Positions 10,215 through 20,478 of a stretch of DNA of 64,000 nucleotides are shown piece after piece. Origin of the DNA: Candidatus Latescibacterota bacterium. GTDB taxonomy: Bacteria > Latescibacterota > UBA2968 > GCA-2709665. Made by a program: the position numbers and the translations under genes. The notes beneath the pieces were generated by a model that saw only the letters and a list, made by a program, of their open reading frames with translations, ran no database searches and was not told the origin of the DNA. Positions within the stretch are counted from its first letter, which is position 1. Every line of letters begins with the position of its first letter. Location of the stretch: positions 1,984,001 to 2,048,000 of the forward strand of contig OZ220733.1 of assembly GCA_965116875.1 (NCBI GenBank). Direction: 5' to 3'.

Positions 10215-10233
10215 TATCAGTCAGGAGAAGAAA

Positions 10234-10773
10234 ATGGCGGAAGAACGCGCGACGTTCGGAGGGGGATGCTTCTGGTGCGTGGAGGCATTTTATCAGGACC
10301 TGTCCGGCGTGCTGGAGGTGGTCTCGGGATACGCGGGGGGATCGGTTCCGAATCCGACGTACGGGGAGGTGTGCGAAGGGACCACGGGGCATGCGGAGGT
10401 GGTACAGATCCGATTCGATCCGGAGACGGTTTCCTACAGGGACCTGCTGGACGTGTTCTGGCGCACGCACGATCCGACGACACTGAACCGGCAGGGCGCG
10501 GACGTGGGAACACAGTACCGGTCCGTCGTTTTTTATCATGACGAGAAACAACGGGCCGAGGCGACACAATCCATGGCTGAGACCGACGCGTCGGAATTGT
10601 GGAAGGATCCCATCGTGACCGAGATTTCGCCGCTGAGCGAGTTCTACAGGGCCGAGGAGTACCATCAGAACTACTATCGTTCAAATCGCGCGCAGCCCTA
10701 CTGCATCTTTGTGATCGACCCGAAGATGAAGTGGTTCAGGGATGCGTTTCAGGGACGATTGAAGACCGGGTAG
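10234..10773 (+). CDS. msrA: Peptide methionine sulfoxide reductase A
   Basis: GGGCFWC, SGYAGG, TGHAEVV, HDPTTLNRQGADVGTQYRS, AEEYHQNYY. Confidence 0.97.
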   Translation: MAEERATFGGGCFWCVEAFYQDLSGVLEVVSGYAGGSVPNPTYGEVCEGTTGHAEVVQIRFDPETVSYRDLLDVFWRTHDPTTLNRQGADVGTQYRSVVFYHDEKQRAEATQSMAETDASELWKDPIVTEISPLSEFYRAEEYHQNYYRSNRAQPYCIFVIDPKMKWFRDAFQGRLKTG

Positions 10774-10777
10774 CGGG

Positions 10778-13003
10778 ATGGCTGGCGTTCGGTATGGATT
10801 CAGGCTGGAGGTGACGTCGGCGCTGCCCGCGGATCTCGGGCGTATTCCGATGTCTGTGGAGATGGATTTCGGTCGGGCGGTACAGGAAGTCGAGGCCACG
10901 GGCGTGTTCGATCCGAATTCCATCGAAGTTGAGGACGCGGTATCGGGCAAGCCGGTCGCGTTCGCCCGGACCGAGGATTTCGCCTATGGGGATCGGGGCA
11001 GAATCGAGTGGGTGATTGAAGATCCCGACCATACGGATTATGAAATCCGGTTTCGCACCCTGCCGAAGAGGCCGCCGCTACAGCCGCAGGAATACACGCC
11101 GATGATCGGCGTTGGCGATCTTCTGCGATACAACGCCGGGGTCCCGCGGCCGATTGCGCTGGCGCATTCGACGCGGCTTGTGGACGTCACCGGCGACGGC
11201 CGCGCCGATCTGGTGGGGTGCTGGAACTACTATTATCGACCGGGGTCGCCGGTCAGCGGGATTGTCTGTTATCCCCGTGTGGGACCGGAAGAGGATTTCA
11301 CGTTCGGGGATCTTGCCCGGCTGCGGTACGTGGAAAGAGAAGGATCGAGCCACTACAAGCACTTTCCGGACGTGTACGCCGAAGCGGATTTCTCGGATCT
11401 GAACGGCAACGGTTTGCCCGACATCGTGTACGCGGGGATGCGCGATACCGGGGTGACGGTCTACCTGAATTCCGGGAAACGGGACGGAGGCGGTTTGCCC
11501 GTCTTCGTGAAGGACATGGAGATTCCCGCGCCGGTCGGTCAGAACGCGGGGATCCACGTTGAGGATCTCAACGGGAATGGCGCTCCGGACCTGGTAGTCA
11601 ACGGACATTATATCCGGAATCAGAATCCGGACGGCTGGCCGTTCAGGGCCGCCGGGGCGGTGGATCTCGAGGTTGGGAAGCAACTCGTGTTCATGGACCT
11701 CGACGGCGACGGAATGCCGGACGTCATGGCGACGCCGGTTGGCGGTTGCGATCACCCATTGACGTGGCGGAAGAACCTGGGAGGCGATCCGCCCCGGTTC
11801 GGCCCGGAGCAGAAGCTGCGTGACCTGGAGCTGGACTTCTGCAGCCGCACAAGCACGGTAACGGACGGCAAGCGGAGCGGGATTCTGGTGCAGCACAATG
11901 CGTTTCAGAATCTCTCATTCTTTGAATTCGTCGGAACGCAGGACGGCCGGCCGCGATTCGAAAGCCGGGGAATATCCCGCTCGGTATCGGCGGTCATGTC
12001 ATTCAGCGATCAGGCGTGGCCGTGTCTGTCCGACTGGAACGGCGACGGGGTCTCCGATCTCGTCATCGGCGGCGGTTACGGGTGGCCGCGCGTGGTTGTC
12101 AATAGTGGGAGCAATGAGCGACCGGCCTGGACAGAGCCGGAACCGGTTCATTCCGAAGGTCAACCGATCCGTGTGTTGCGGGACGAGATCCTGCACAGCA
12201 GCCACTGGCACAATATGGGGTACCCGTATCCCGTGTTTGTGGATTGGGACGGGGACGGCCTGCCGGACCTGATGCTCCCCAATGAAACGAACCGGATTGT
12301 CTGGTACCGAAATATCGGAACGCCGGAAGAGCCTGCTTTTGGATCTCGCAGATTTCTCGAAGTGGATGGATACCCGGATTCCGAAGGACTGAGGGCCGAG
12401 TCGGGCAGGTACGCCGCAGACGAGACCCTGCCCAACAGTCCCTATCCCTCCGATACGCGGTCCCCGTTTTTCTGGCGGACCGGCGCGGCCTTTGCGGACT
12501 GGAACGGGGACGGTCTGATGGATTTCATCACACACGACCATACCCGTAAAGCAACGTTGTTCTTTCAATACAGGGATGGAGACGGTCACCGCAGACTCAG
12601 TCGCGGGGACCACGTTCGGCTGGTAGACGGCCGGGAGATCGACGATTCCATCGTGGGCCGGACGAAACACTGGACCGAGTCGTTCCGCGCCGTGGACTGG
12701 GACGGGGACGGATTGATCGACCTCGTCTATAATTTCGCGGGGACGGGCAAGATCTATCTGCTGCGCAACGTGGGATCGCTGGATGCGCCGGTGTTCGACC
12801 TGCCGAGAGAATTCAGGTGTTACGGCGAGGAGATCGCGTTTACGGTTCACGGACCGAACGCGTGGCCGGTTGATTTCAACGGTGATGGGAAGCCCGATCT
12901 GCTGGGATGCGTGGAGTGGAGCGTATATCCCTTCTACTCTCACGCGGCCCTGGAAATGGAGCGTCACCCCACGTACCGGATTGGAACAGCGAAGAGAATA
13001 TAG
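10778..13003 (+). CDS. FG-GAP/VCBS repeat beta-propeller protein
   Basis: Many D(W/L/F)(N/D)GDGxxDL repeats. Confidence 0.85.
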   Translation: MAGVRYGFRLEVTSALPADLGRIPMSVEMDFGRAVQEVEATGVFDPNSIEVEDAVSGKPVAFARTEDFAYGDRGRIEWVIEDPDHTDYEIRFRTLPKRPPLQPQEYTPMIGVGDLLRYNAGVPRPIALAHSTRLVDVTGDGRADLVGCWNYYYRPGSPVSGIVCYPRVGPEEDFTFGDLARLRYVEREGSSHYKHFPDVYAEADFSDLNGNGLPDIVYAGMRDTGVTVYLNSGKRDGGGLPVFVKDMEIPAPVGQNAGIHVEDLNGNGAPDLVVNGHYIRNQNPDGWPFRAAGAVDLEVGKQLVFMDLDGDGMPDVMATPVGGCDHPLTWRKNLGGDPPRFGPEQKLRDLELDFCSRTSTVTDGKRSGILVQHNAFQNLSFFEFVGTQDGRPRFESRGISRSVSAVMSFSDQAWPCLSDWNGDGVSDLVIGGGYGWPRVVVNSGSNERPAWTEPEPVHSEGQPIRVLRDEILHSSHWHNMGYPYPVFVDWDGDGLPDLMLPNETNRIVWYRNIGTPEEPAFGSRRFLEVDGYPDSEGLRAESGRYAADETLPNSPYPSDTRSPFFWRTGAAFADWNGDGLMDFITHDHTRKATLFFQYRDGDGHRRLSRGDHVRLVDGREIDDSIVGRTKHWTESFRAVDWDGDGLIDLVYNFAGTGKIYLLRNVGSLDAPVFDLPREFRCYGEEIAFTVHGPNAWPVDFNGDGKPDLLGCVEWSVYPFYSHAALEMERHPTYRIGTAKRI

Positions 13004-13047
13004 ATGTCTGTACGCCGGATTTACGATAACCGGACGGTCTCGTCGTT

Positions 13048-13899
13048 TCAACGCTGCGTAGGCGATTCAACGACGGCCTTCCGGCGTGCGGTGGCAAGCG
13101 CTCGGTAGCAGAACTCCGCGGCATGCCACGGGTCGTAATCCGGCCGGCTCCAGATCATGGCGCTGACTTCCGCGCCAACGGGTACTTCGGTTCCGGCATC
13201 GAGCAGGGTCTTGAAGTATTCGATGAGGTCAAGACTGCCTTCGCCCGGCAACAGAAACGTCACGGCGCCGTCCTTCATATATCCGTCTTTGATGTGAATG
13301 TGGACGGTGTCGGGCAGGCAGAGGCGTGCAGCGCGCTGGAGGTCAATGCCCTGCACGTGAAAGTGGCTGTGGTCGAAGTGGATCTTGAGGTGGGGATGAC
13401 GGGTGTTCTTCATCAGCCACCCCGCTTTTTCGGGTGTGTCCAGGATTGCGCCGACGTGCGGTTCCACGGCCAGGATGACGTGGTGTTCGGCTGCGAGGTC
13501 CGCAAGTTCGACCAGGTCGGCGGCGGCGGCGTCTCTGTCGGTTTCCCATCTTGAGAGAGGTCCGCTTACCGTGGTGGTGATTATGGCAGGGTCGCCGCCG
13601 AAATTCAGGTCCCGGGCAAGGACGCAATTCTGGATGAAACGTGCAAGGGCCGCGCCGCGCTCGCCGTTCCGCGCGCACGTTGAAACGGGGCCGAAGAGGA
13701 CCGGTGGCGGGAAGCCGAGATCCCGCACGGTGTCTGCAAGTCTGCGCCTGGTCTTCCCATTGAGCTTGTGCGGCGCCGTCGGCCACGCGTCGCCGATGGC
13801 GATTTCGACAGCTTCGTAGCCGATCGCCCGGATTCTCGGCAGGGCATCGAAGACGTCTACGTTCTGCGTGGCGTAGGTGCTGAAACCGATCGGGATCAC
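13048..13899 (-). CDS. Sugar phosphate isomerase/epimerase (xylose isomerase-like TIM barrel)
   Basis: IGFSTY, IGYEAVEI, LAVEPH, HFDHSH, HIHIKDG, LPGEG; GTG start at 13899; the longer ORF extension runs through repeats. Confidence 0.85.
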   Translation of the reverse strand: MIPIGFSTYATQNVDVFDALPRIRAIGYEAVEIAIGDAWPTAPHKLNGKTRRRLADTVRDLGFPPPVLFGPVSTCARNGERGAALARFIQNCVLARDLNFGGDPAIITTTVSGPLSRWETDRDAAAADLVELADLAAEHHVILAVEPHVGAILDTPEKAGWLMKNTRHPHLKIHFDHSHFHVQGIDLQRAARLCLPDTVHIHIKDGYMKDGAVTFLLPGEGSLDLIEYFKTLLDAGTEVPVGAEVSAMIWSRPDYDPWHAAEFCYRALATARRKAVVESPTQR

Positions 13900-13909
13900 A
13901 AGAGAACCT

Positions 13910-14036
13910 AAGGAAGAAGGATAAAGGATAAAGGAAGAAGGGAAAGGCGAGAGAATCGGGTAGAGGAGAGACGATAGACGGTAGAAGAAATGCGGGGAGA
14001 CGGTAGAGGTGAGACGGGAGAATAAGTCCTTGCCCG
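13910..14036. repeat. Purine-rich heptamer array plus dispersed GGTAGAGG-type repeat
   Basis: AAGGAAG AAGGATA AAGGATA AAGGAAG AAGGGAA (13910-13944); 13951-14036 shares blocks with 28844-28893. Confidence 0.7.
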
Positions 14037-14256
14037 GTTTGTTTTCCTTCCTTGCCTTCGGCACGAAAAGAATCCTCACAAGGCTGGCAATCTCTCCCCT
14101 CTCCCGTCTTCCTTCTCACCAGGCGGTGGGCCGGGGTGTGGTCCTCTACCCTCTTCCGTCTCACGTCTTCCCGCCTTTCGAAGAAAATCCAACATCCCCT
14201 TTGTGTCAAGCGGTGTTGAAGCAGGTGCGGCGGAAGACTTGAGAAGAGAGAACGAT

Positions 14257-15495
14257 ATGGAGCGGATCAACCTGGGATTGGTGGGGTGCGGCGGTATGGG
14301 AACGCGGCACCTGTACGGTCTGCGGACCCTCGCACAGACGCCGTACAACAGGATTGATTTGAAGGCGGTGTGCGACATCAATCCGGAGAATGCCGGGATG
14401 GCGGCCGCGGAGGCCGGAAAGTTGCTGGGTGTGAAGCCCGCGATCTTTACGGACCTGGAGGCAATGGCCGCCGCGATGCCGGAACTGGATGCCGTGGACG
14501 TGGTGACCGATCCCGCGGTACACCACGAGGTTGCCTGCAAGGCGCTGGATCTCGGACTGCACGTGATGGTGGAAAAGCCAATGGCGATTACCGTTCGCGC
14601 CTGTCTGAGGATGATCCAGGCGGCGGAGCGGAACCGACGTGTCTTGTCCGTGGCGGAGAATTACCGGCGGGATCCTTCTGCGAGGCTGGTGCGCCACGAA
14701 TTGGCCGGCGGCGCGATAGGGACTCCGTACATGGGCTTGTTTCACGAGGTAAGCGACGGGGACCGGATATTCATCACTCCGTGGCGCCACCTCAAGAGTC
14801 GCGGAGGGCCTCTGGTGGACATGGGGGTACACTTTGCAGACCTGATCCGCTATCAGTTGGGGGATATTCAGGAAGTATACGGCGACGCGCGTCTCGTCGA
14901 GCCTGTGCGGCGGAAGTCCGAATCGATGTGGAGGCCTTACGAGTTTTATCGGAAACAGTACGAAAACATGGCGCCTGTGGTCCCGGCCGACGCGGAGGAT
15001 TCGTCCGTGGCGATGTTTCGCATGGCCGGTGGCGCCACCGTGAGCTGGGTGGTCGGACTGGGAGGATACGGGGGTTGCAGTACGCAGTTGATTCTGGGCA
15101 CGGAGGGGTGCATCGAGGGTTTTGGGACCCGCGGCGGACGGGTTCGGATGCGCCGGGGGCGCGAAGAGTTCCGGGAACAGGAAGAGATGCTCGCACAGGC
15201 CGAGGGCTTCGAACAGGATGCGCTTGCCGCCCACTTCTTTCCCACCGGGCTGACGTCGGCGGATCGGGAGGTCGACAGGAAGCTTCTCGCCATGGAGGTT
15301 TACGAGTTGGGCGAAGCCATCGCGGAGGGCAGGAAAGTGGAGGTGGACGGAATGGAAGGGTTGAAGGACGTGGCGGCCGTCTATGCGGTGTTCGAGTCAG
15401 CCGCGGCAGGCCGGGCGGTACAGATGGCGGAGGTCGAAAGCGGCGAAATTGATGCCTATCAGGCGGAGATAGACACGGCGCTGGGCATCGTGTGA
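14257..15495 (+). CDS. Gfo/Idh/MocA family oxidoreductase
   Basis: LGLVGCGGMG Rossmann motif, HVMVEKPMA, VAENYRRDP, DMGVHFAD. Confidence 0.9.
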   Translation: MERINLGLVGCGGMGTRHLYGLRTLAQTPYNRIDLKAVCDINPENAGMAAAEAGKLLGVKPAIFTDLEAMAAAMPELDAVDVVTDPAVHHEVACKALDLGLHVMVEKPMAITVRACLRMIQAAERNRRVLSVAENYRRDPSARLVRHELAGGAIGTPYMGLFHEVSDGDRIFITPWRHLKSRGGPLVDMGVHFADLIRYQLGDIQEVYGDARLVEPVRRKSESMWRPYEFYRKQYENMAPVVPADAEDSSVAMFRMAGGATVSWVVGLGGYGGCSTQLILGTEGCIEGFGTRGGRVRMRRGREEFREQEEMLAQAEGFEQDALAAHFFPTGLTSADREVDRKLLAMEVYELGEAIAEGRKVEVDGMEGLKDVAAVYAVFESAAAGRAVQMAEVESGEIDAYQAEIDTALGIV

Positions 15496-15507
15496 GAGGA
15501 GTGCCAA

Positions 15508-16956
15508 ATGGGGGAAAAGCGGCCGAACGTGGTGCTGATCATGACCGATCAGCAGCGAGGGGATTGCGTGGGCCTTGACCCGAATTCGCCGGAGGTCCTG
15601 CAGACGCCCAACCTGGACTGGCTGGGCAACTCGGGGGCGTTTTTCGGTCGGGGTTACTCTGAGTGTCCCAGCTGTATTCCCGCACGACGTTCCCTGATGA
15701 CCGGCACAGCGCCGGCATCGAACGGCGTGGTGGGGTTTCAGGGCACGGAGTGGCATCCGCAGCATACCCTGGCCGGAGAACTATCCAGAGCGGGATATCA
15801 GACGGAGATGATCGGGAAGTTGCACCTGTCGCCGGCACGCAAACGGTACGGGTTCGACCATATGCAACTCGCGGACGGGACGAGGGGGCGCGAGAACGAC
15901 TATGTGGACTGGCTGCGGGAACGACACGGACGCACGGAGGTGGATCCGGGAATGGCCCACGGCATCTCGTCCAACGGATGGGTGGGACGGCCGCACCATT
16001 TGCCCGAAGAGCAGATGCATACGTTCTGGTGCGTGGACCGGGCGATGGCGTTTCTTCAGAAGCGGGATCCGTCCGCGCCCTTCTTCCTGAACCTCTCCTT
16101 CATCGATCCGCATCCGCCGCTGACCCCGCCGCGGGTCTACTACGACCGCTACGTCAATCGCGAGTTGCCTGAGCCCGTCGCGGGAGACTGGGCGCAGGCG
16201 TTCGACGGGCCGCTGAAGGGGCTGGATCCGGATGCTTCGGAGATCTGTCTGAGCGCCTACGACATGCAGTGCGCGCGTGCGGCGTACTACGGGATGGTGA
16301 ATTTCATCGACGATCAGATCGGGAGGTTGTTTCAATTCGCGAGGGGGCTGCTGAACGACTGCCTTGTCATATTTACGTCGGACCATGGCGAGATGCTCGG
16401 GGACCACCACCTGTTCCGGAAAACGTGGCCGTTCGAGGCTTCAGCGAGGGTGCCGTTTCTCATCCGGGCGCCCCGGAGTTGGGGCACCCCTGAATCCGTC
16501 ACGTGCGGTTCGCCGGTGGGCCTTCAGGATATCATGCCGACAATTCTGGATGCGTGCGGCGTCGACGTGCCGGAAACGTGTACGGGCAAGAGCCTGTTGC
16601 CGGTGGTGCGCGGCGAACCGGATGGCGTACGCGACGCGTTGCACGGCGAACACTCGGGGTGCTACGCGTACGAGCATGGAAATCACTATGTGACGGACGG
16701 TCGCCACAAGTACATCTGGTTCACCCAGACGGGCCGGGAACACCTGTTCGACCTGGACGCGGATCCGCACGAAACGCGTGACCTGGCGTTGGGAGAAGGC
16801 GCCGATGACCTGTTGTCCCCATGGCGGACGCGATTGATCCGGTTTCTCGAGGGTCGGCCCGAGGGATTCACCGACGGGGACAGGTTGATTACAGGCCGCG
16901 AACACCGGTCGGTGATGCCGGGGTACGAGCCGTCGTCGATGTTTCCATTCTTATAG
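15508..16956 (+). CDS. Sulfatase (formylglycine-dependent, Cys type)
   Basis: RPNVVLIMTDQQRGD, CIPARRSLMTG (CxPxR), GKLH, PHPP, FTSDHGEMLGDH. Confidence 0.93.
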   Translation: MGEKRPNVVLIMTDQQRGDCVGLDPNSPEVLQTPNLDWLGNSGAFFGRGYSECPSCIPARRSLMTGTAPASNGVVGFQGTEWHPQHTLAGELSRAGYQTEMIGKLHLSPARKRYGFDHMQLADGTRGRENDYVDWLRERHGRTEVDPGMAHGISSNGWVGRPHHLPEEQMHTFWCVDRAMAFLQKRDPSAPFFLNLSFIDPHPPLTPPRVYYDRYVNRELPEPVAGDWAQAFDGPLKGLDPDASEICLSAYDMQCARAAYYGMVNFIDDQIGRLFQFARGLLNDCLVIFTSDHGEMLGDHHLFRKTWPFEASARVPFLIRAPRSWGTPESVTCGSPVGLQDIMPTILDACGVDVPETCTGKSLLPVVRGEPDGVRDALHGEHSGCYAYEHGNHYVTDGRHKYIWFTQTGREHLFDLDADPHETRDLALGEGADDLLSPWRTRLIRFLEGRPEGFTDGDRLITGREHRSVMPGYEPSSMFPFL

Positions 16957-17111
16957 AACCATCACGGGCGTGACGGGTTTTGTTTGTGGAGGTTGCCCGT
17001 GCCCGCTATATTTCGATAAGAATCTGTGATGGTGTTCATCGCGTGTTGACGGATTCCCGCATTTCGTGTCGTTCCGTCGGTCAAACGTACCGGAAGAAGG
17101 AGATACATCCA

Positions 17112-17546
17112 ATGGATTCATTCAAACGCATCGTTGGCGTTTATCTCGTACTCGTCGCGGCTGTGGTGGCAATCCATACGGTCGTCGAACCCCTCTATTA
17201 TACATCCACAGAAGCCAGTCCATACAGCCCGCATTGGAGCAAGTTAAACGCGCTTATGGTGCTGGCGATCGTTCTCGGCGTGATCTTCGGAACCCTTCGC
17301 AAGCGCGGCGCCGGGGGTGAAAGCGGCGGCGCTACCGTAACCCGCGAATACGTCGAGGCCAACGTGCAATTCTACGGTCTCCTCTTCGTTGGCATTCTCT
17401 TTTTCTGGAACTTCTTCAACCTGCACAGTCCCGGATTCACCGCCATAGCAAGGGAAACGGTATCCGCGACGTGGATCGTGATCGACGCCGCCCTCCCGTT
17501 GCTCCTGGCCTCAATGGGCTTCTCCATGCTCAGATCCAGGGAGTAA
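17112..17546 (+). CDS. Hypothetical membrane protein (about 4 TM)
   Basis: AAGGAG RBS; four hydrophobic stretches. Confidence 0.65.
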   Translation: MDSFKRIVGVYLVLVAAVVAIHTVVEPLYYTSTEASPYSPHWSKLNALMVLAIVLGVIFGTLRKRGAGGESGGATVTREYVEANVQFYGLLFVGILFFWNFFNLHSPGFTAIARETVSATWIVIDAALPLLLASMGFSMLRSRE

Positions 17547-17695
17547 GCTCCGGTGAGTCCAAATCGAACCGCCGCGCATGACCGGCACATCTGTGGGGAG
17601 GACGAAAAAGCCGTCAGTTGGACTGTAGTCCGGTCTGACGGCTTTGTCATTGCAGGTGCCGATATTGCCTGATCGTGTCATTCAGTGTCGCCGGT

Positions 17696-18091
17696 TCAAC
17701 GCTTTCTGTCGCGGGTGATCAACAGGTCGGCAGGGATGCCGAGATTTTCGGTAAGGCGCCTGATCTGCCGAATGGAGAGCGTTCGCTTTCCGTTGTAAAA
17801 TTCGGAAACACGGCTTCTGCCGCCGAGCCATTCGGCGAGATCCGCTCGCGAGAGTCCTTTCTGTTCCAGCATGAATTCCACGATCTCGTGCGGGTCCATC
17901 GTTTCATCAATGGGAAACCGGGCATCTTCGTACGTCTTCACCAAAACGGAAAGGAATTCCAGGCGTTCATACGATTCTGAACCCGGTGCCGGGTCTGAAT
18001 CCAGCAGGTCGTCGATCTCGCGCACAGCCGCGTCGTATTCGGCTTCGTTTCGTAATACATGAGGCCTTGAGAAGTCCAGCAGTCTGGTCAT
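17696..18091 (-). CDS. higA: HigA-family HTH antitoxin
   Basis: LRNEAEYDAA...LEFLSVLVKTYE...FMLEQKGLSRADL...SRVSE..NGKRTLS..QIRRL. Confidence 0.9.
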   Translation of the reverse strand: MTRLLDFSRPHVLRNEAEYDAAVREIDDLLDSDPAPGSESYERLEFLSVLVKTYEDARFPIDETMDPHEIVEFMLEQKGLSRADLAEWLGGRSRVSEFYNGKRTLSIRQIRRLTENLGIPADLLITRDRKR

Positions 18092-18113
18092 ATTCAATCC
18101 CTCTGCAGATTGT

Positions 18114-18410
18114 TCACAGGTCGCCGCTTCGAGTTCGTCTGTTGTATTCTTCGTGTGTAAGGACGTGTCGGATGTAAATCCTTCCAAGATCATATCGCAT
18201 ATCGACAATCAGCCTGTATTTATTACCTCCGATGTTGAAAACGGTCCGCCATCTGCCGAGGAAACTCGCTGAGGGGAAATCACGTCGAACTTCGTAGGGG
18301 CTGAGATAGTTTATAGATTTTACCATGGCCAGCCAGGCCTTCAGTGGCCTCTGTGAATCAGAATGCTTTCTCCAGAATTCCAGTAGTCTTTTGCGGGTAA
18401 TTACGTGCAT
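18114..18410 (-). CDS. higB: HigB-family mRNA interferase
   Basis: MHVITRKRLLEFW..H...FPSAS...VFNIGGNKYRLI...LTHEEY. Confidence 0.92.
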   Translation of the reverse strand: MHVITRKRLLEFWRKHSDSQRPLKAWLAMVKSINYLSPYEVRRDFPSASFLGRWRTVFNIGGNKYRLIVDMRYDLGRIYIRHVLTHEEYNRRTRSGDL

Positions 18411-18492
18411 AGGGGATTACCTGGTTGCGCAATGCTTATGTTCCCAATATGGTAACTTACGGATGAAATGTCAAGAGATCATTTCTGGCTCT

Positions 18493-19377
18493 TCAGGTTG
18501 ATCGCTTACCGAGACGCTGAACCAGCAGGCCGCCGACGATAAGAACCAGCCCGATAACGGTGGAGGGCAGGATTGCTTCGCCGACCAGAAAGTGGATGAA
18601 GACCAGGGAGACGAACGGTGAGATGAAGATGAGGTTGGCGACTCTGGCCGCGGTTTCCGACAGCCGCAGCGCGACGAGCCAGAACACGAAGGCGATGCCC
18701 ATCTCGACCACGCCCACGTACGCGGCGCCCGCCAACCCGTAGAGATCGGCAATGCGAATATCCGAGAAAAACGCACAGAGGATAAAAACAAACGGCAGGG
18801 CGAACGTGAAGTTCAGGAAAAGGCCGACCACGGCGTCCCGGTCATCTCGCGTGTTGTAGATCCAGTACAGGGCCCAGACGATCGTGCTGGCAAGGGCAAG
18901 TGTCACGCCGAGGGGATCCGACAGCCGGAAGTCCAGGAGGTTGCCGCGCGTGGAGATCACCAGGACGCCGGAATAACACACGAATCCGGCGAGGATTTCC
19001 TGCGGTCTCACGCGTTGTCTCAATAAAGGAATGGAGAGGAGCGAGAGTGTAATGGCCCAGGTGTAGTTCAGGGGCTGGGCTTCCTGAGCGGGAAGAAGAT
19101 CGTACGCCTTGAAGAGGATCATGTAGTAGAGACACGGGTTGAGCAGGCCGAACAGGAGGGACTTCAGATATTGTTTTCTTGAGTACGAGAAGATGAGGCT
19201 TCCTTTGCCCTGGATGACGATAATGAGCGCCAGGGTGCAGACGGAAGCCAGGCAGGCATAGAGGAGAAGCTGCAGCGGGTCCAGGTAGCGGAGGGTGATC
19301 TTGAATGCGGTGGCGACGGTCGACCAGAGAAGAACCGTTGCGATGGCATAGAGGTAGGCTTTATTCTGGTCGCGCAT
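18493..19377 (-). CDS. DMT/EamA family transporter
   Basis: WSTVATAFK, LLPAQEAQPLNYTW, about 10 TM segments. Confidence 0.88.
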   Translation of the reverse strand: MRDQNKAYLYAIATVLLWSTVATAFKITLRYLDPLQLLLYACLASVCTLALIIVIQGKGSLIFSYSRKQYLKSLLFGLLNPCLYYMILFKAYDLLPAQEAQPLNYTWAITLSLLSIPLLRQRVRPQEILAGFVCYSGVLVISTRGNLLDFRLSDPLGVTLALASTIVWALYWIYNTRDDRDAVVGLFLNFTFALPFVFILCAFFSDIRIADLYGLAGAAYVGVVEMGIAFVFWLVALRLSETAARVANLIFISPFVSLVFIHFLVGEAILPSTVIGLVLIVGGLLVQRLGKRST

Positions 19378-19391
19378 GGTTGCCGGGACCA

Positions 19392-19490
19392 GGGCGCCCA
19401 CAAGGAACGCCCCTACGCATTAAGGGAATACGATTGGGTATAAAACCGAAGGAATGATTGAAATTGTAGGGGCGTCCCTTGTGGGCGCCC
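19392..19490. repeat. Inverted pair of GTAG-type REP palindromes (REPIN-like)
   Basis: GGGCGCCCACAAGGAACGCCCCTAC (19392-19416) and GTAGGGGCGTCCCTTGTGGGCGCCC (19466-19490), 24/25 complementary. Confidence 0.8.
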
Positions 19491-19513
19491 GCATCTCGCT
19501 GATTGGCGCTTTA

Positions 19514-20449
19514 TTATTCCTTTTCCACCTTATCCAATTTTCGTTCGTAGGAAAGGTCGATTTCAGCGCGGATGTTGTCCACGGGCTTTCTGTGGTCGAC
19601 GCGCCGTACCTCGGGACGGGTAAGGTTCGTTCGCACTTTGTGGGAGATGACGATGCCGCGGGTGGCATCGATGACCCAGGTGCCATTGCCTTCTCCGGTC
19701 CCGTCCACGACCAGTTGCAGGGAGCCGATATTGACGGGCGCCCTGAAACGTACTTTTCTGTCTTCCTCGAATGTGACGATCTTATTTCCCTTTTTGGTGG
19801 CGACTTTTTTCACCTTGTACGTGCTCTTGAGCTCCACGATGGCTTCGTCATCGATCATCATGACCGGTGTTTTGAAATTCAGTTCGCCGGTCCACGTGTC
19901 TCCGGGACCCACCGGATTCTCAGGAAGGATCGGACCAAGTTCGGGGGTCCAGATCTGCCACAGGTCCGTCAGGATGTCGGGACGGTTGAGGTCTCGTGGG
20001 GAATTGTCGCTTGAATGGCGCTGAACCGTTCCGTCTTCCGAGAGAAACCACGTGAGTTCCCAGTCGTCCAACTGCTCCAGCGTGTAAGGGAACTGGTCGT
20101 GCGTAAGGCGTTTGTTTTCGAAGAAAAAGCCGTTGACGGCCTTGCTGACGGTTGCGACCAGGCGCGTGGCACTGTCTTCGGACTCACCACCGGCGCCGGC
20201 GTGAACGACTTCCCGGCTTCGCCATTCGCCCCTGATCTCTCCCGAGGTGAATCCGCGCTGCATGCGTCCGGGCACAATGACTTCCGAGCGGTCGCTCTTC
20301 AGGGCGAATGAATATTTATGCTTATATTTGACGGTGCGTCCGTCCGGATAGGTGACCCGAAGCCCGACTTTCTCTTTGGCATGGAGGGTGGCGCCTATCG
20401 ACAGAAGAACGGCAAGACACAGGACCGAGGGTGTGGCCGGAGATTTCAT
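19514..20449 (-). CDS. Secreted hypothetical protein (LPEKPVxPGDTW-type beta-rich domain)
   Basis: AAAGGAGG RBS, signal peptide ending TLHA, LPENPVGPGDTW motif. Confidence 0.7.
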   Translation of the reverse strand: MKSPATPSVLCLAVLLSIGATLHAKEKVGLRVTYPDGRTVKYKHKYSFALKSDRSEVIVPGRMQRGFTSGEIRGEWRSREVVHAGAGGESEDSATRLVATVSKAVNGFFFENKRLTHDQFPYTLEQLDDWELTWFLSEDGTVQRHSSDNSPRDLNRPDILTDLWQIWTPELGPILPENPVGPGDTWTGELNFKTPVMMIDDEAIVELKSTYKVKKVATKKGNKIVTFEEDRKVRFRAPVNIGSLQLVVDGTGEGNGTWVIDATRGIVISHKVRTNLTRPEVRRVDHRKPVDNIRAEIDLSYERKLDKVEKE

Positions 20450-20478
20450 GCTGAGTCCTCCTTTGTGGACGATCAGTC

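Noticed and set aside
13900-14079. N-terminal extension of the sugar isomerase ORF
   Set aside because: It is translated heptamer repeat sequence (FPSSFILYPSSL), not protein-like.
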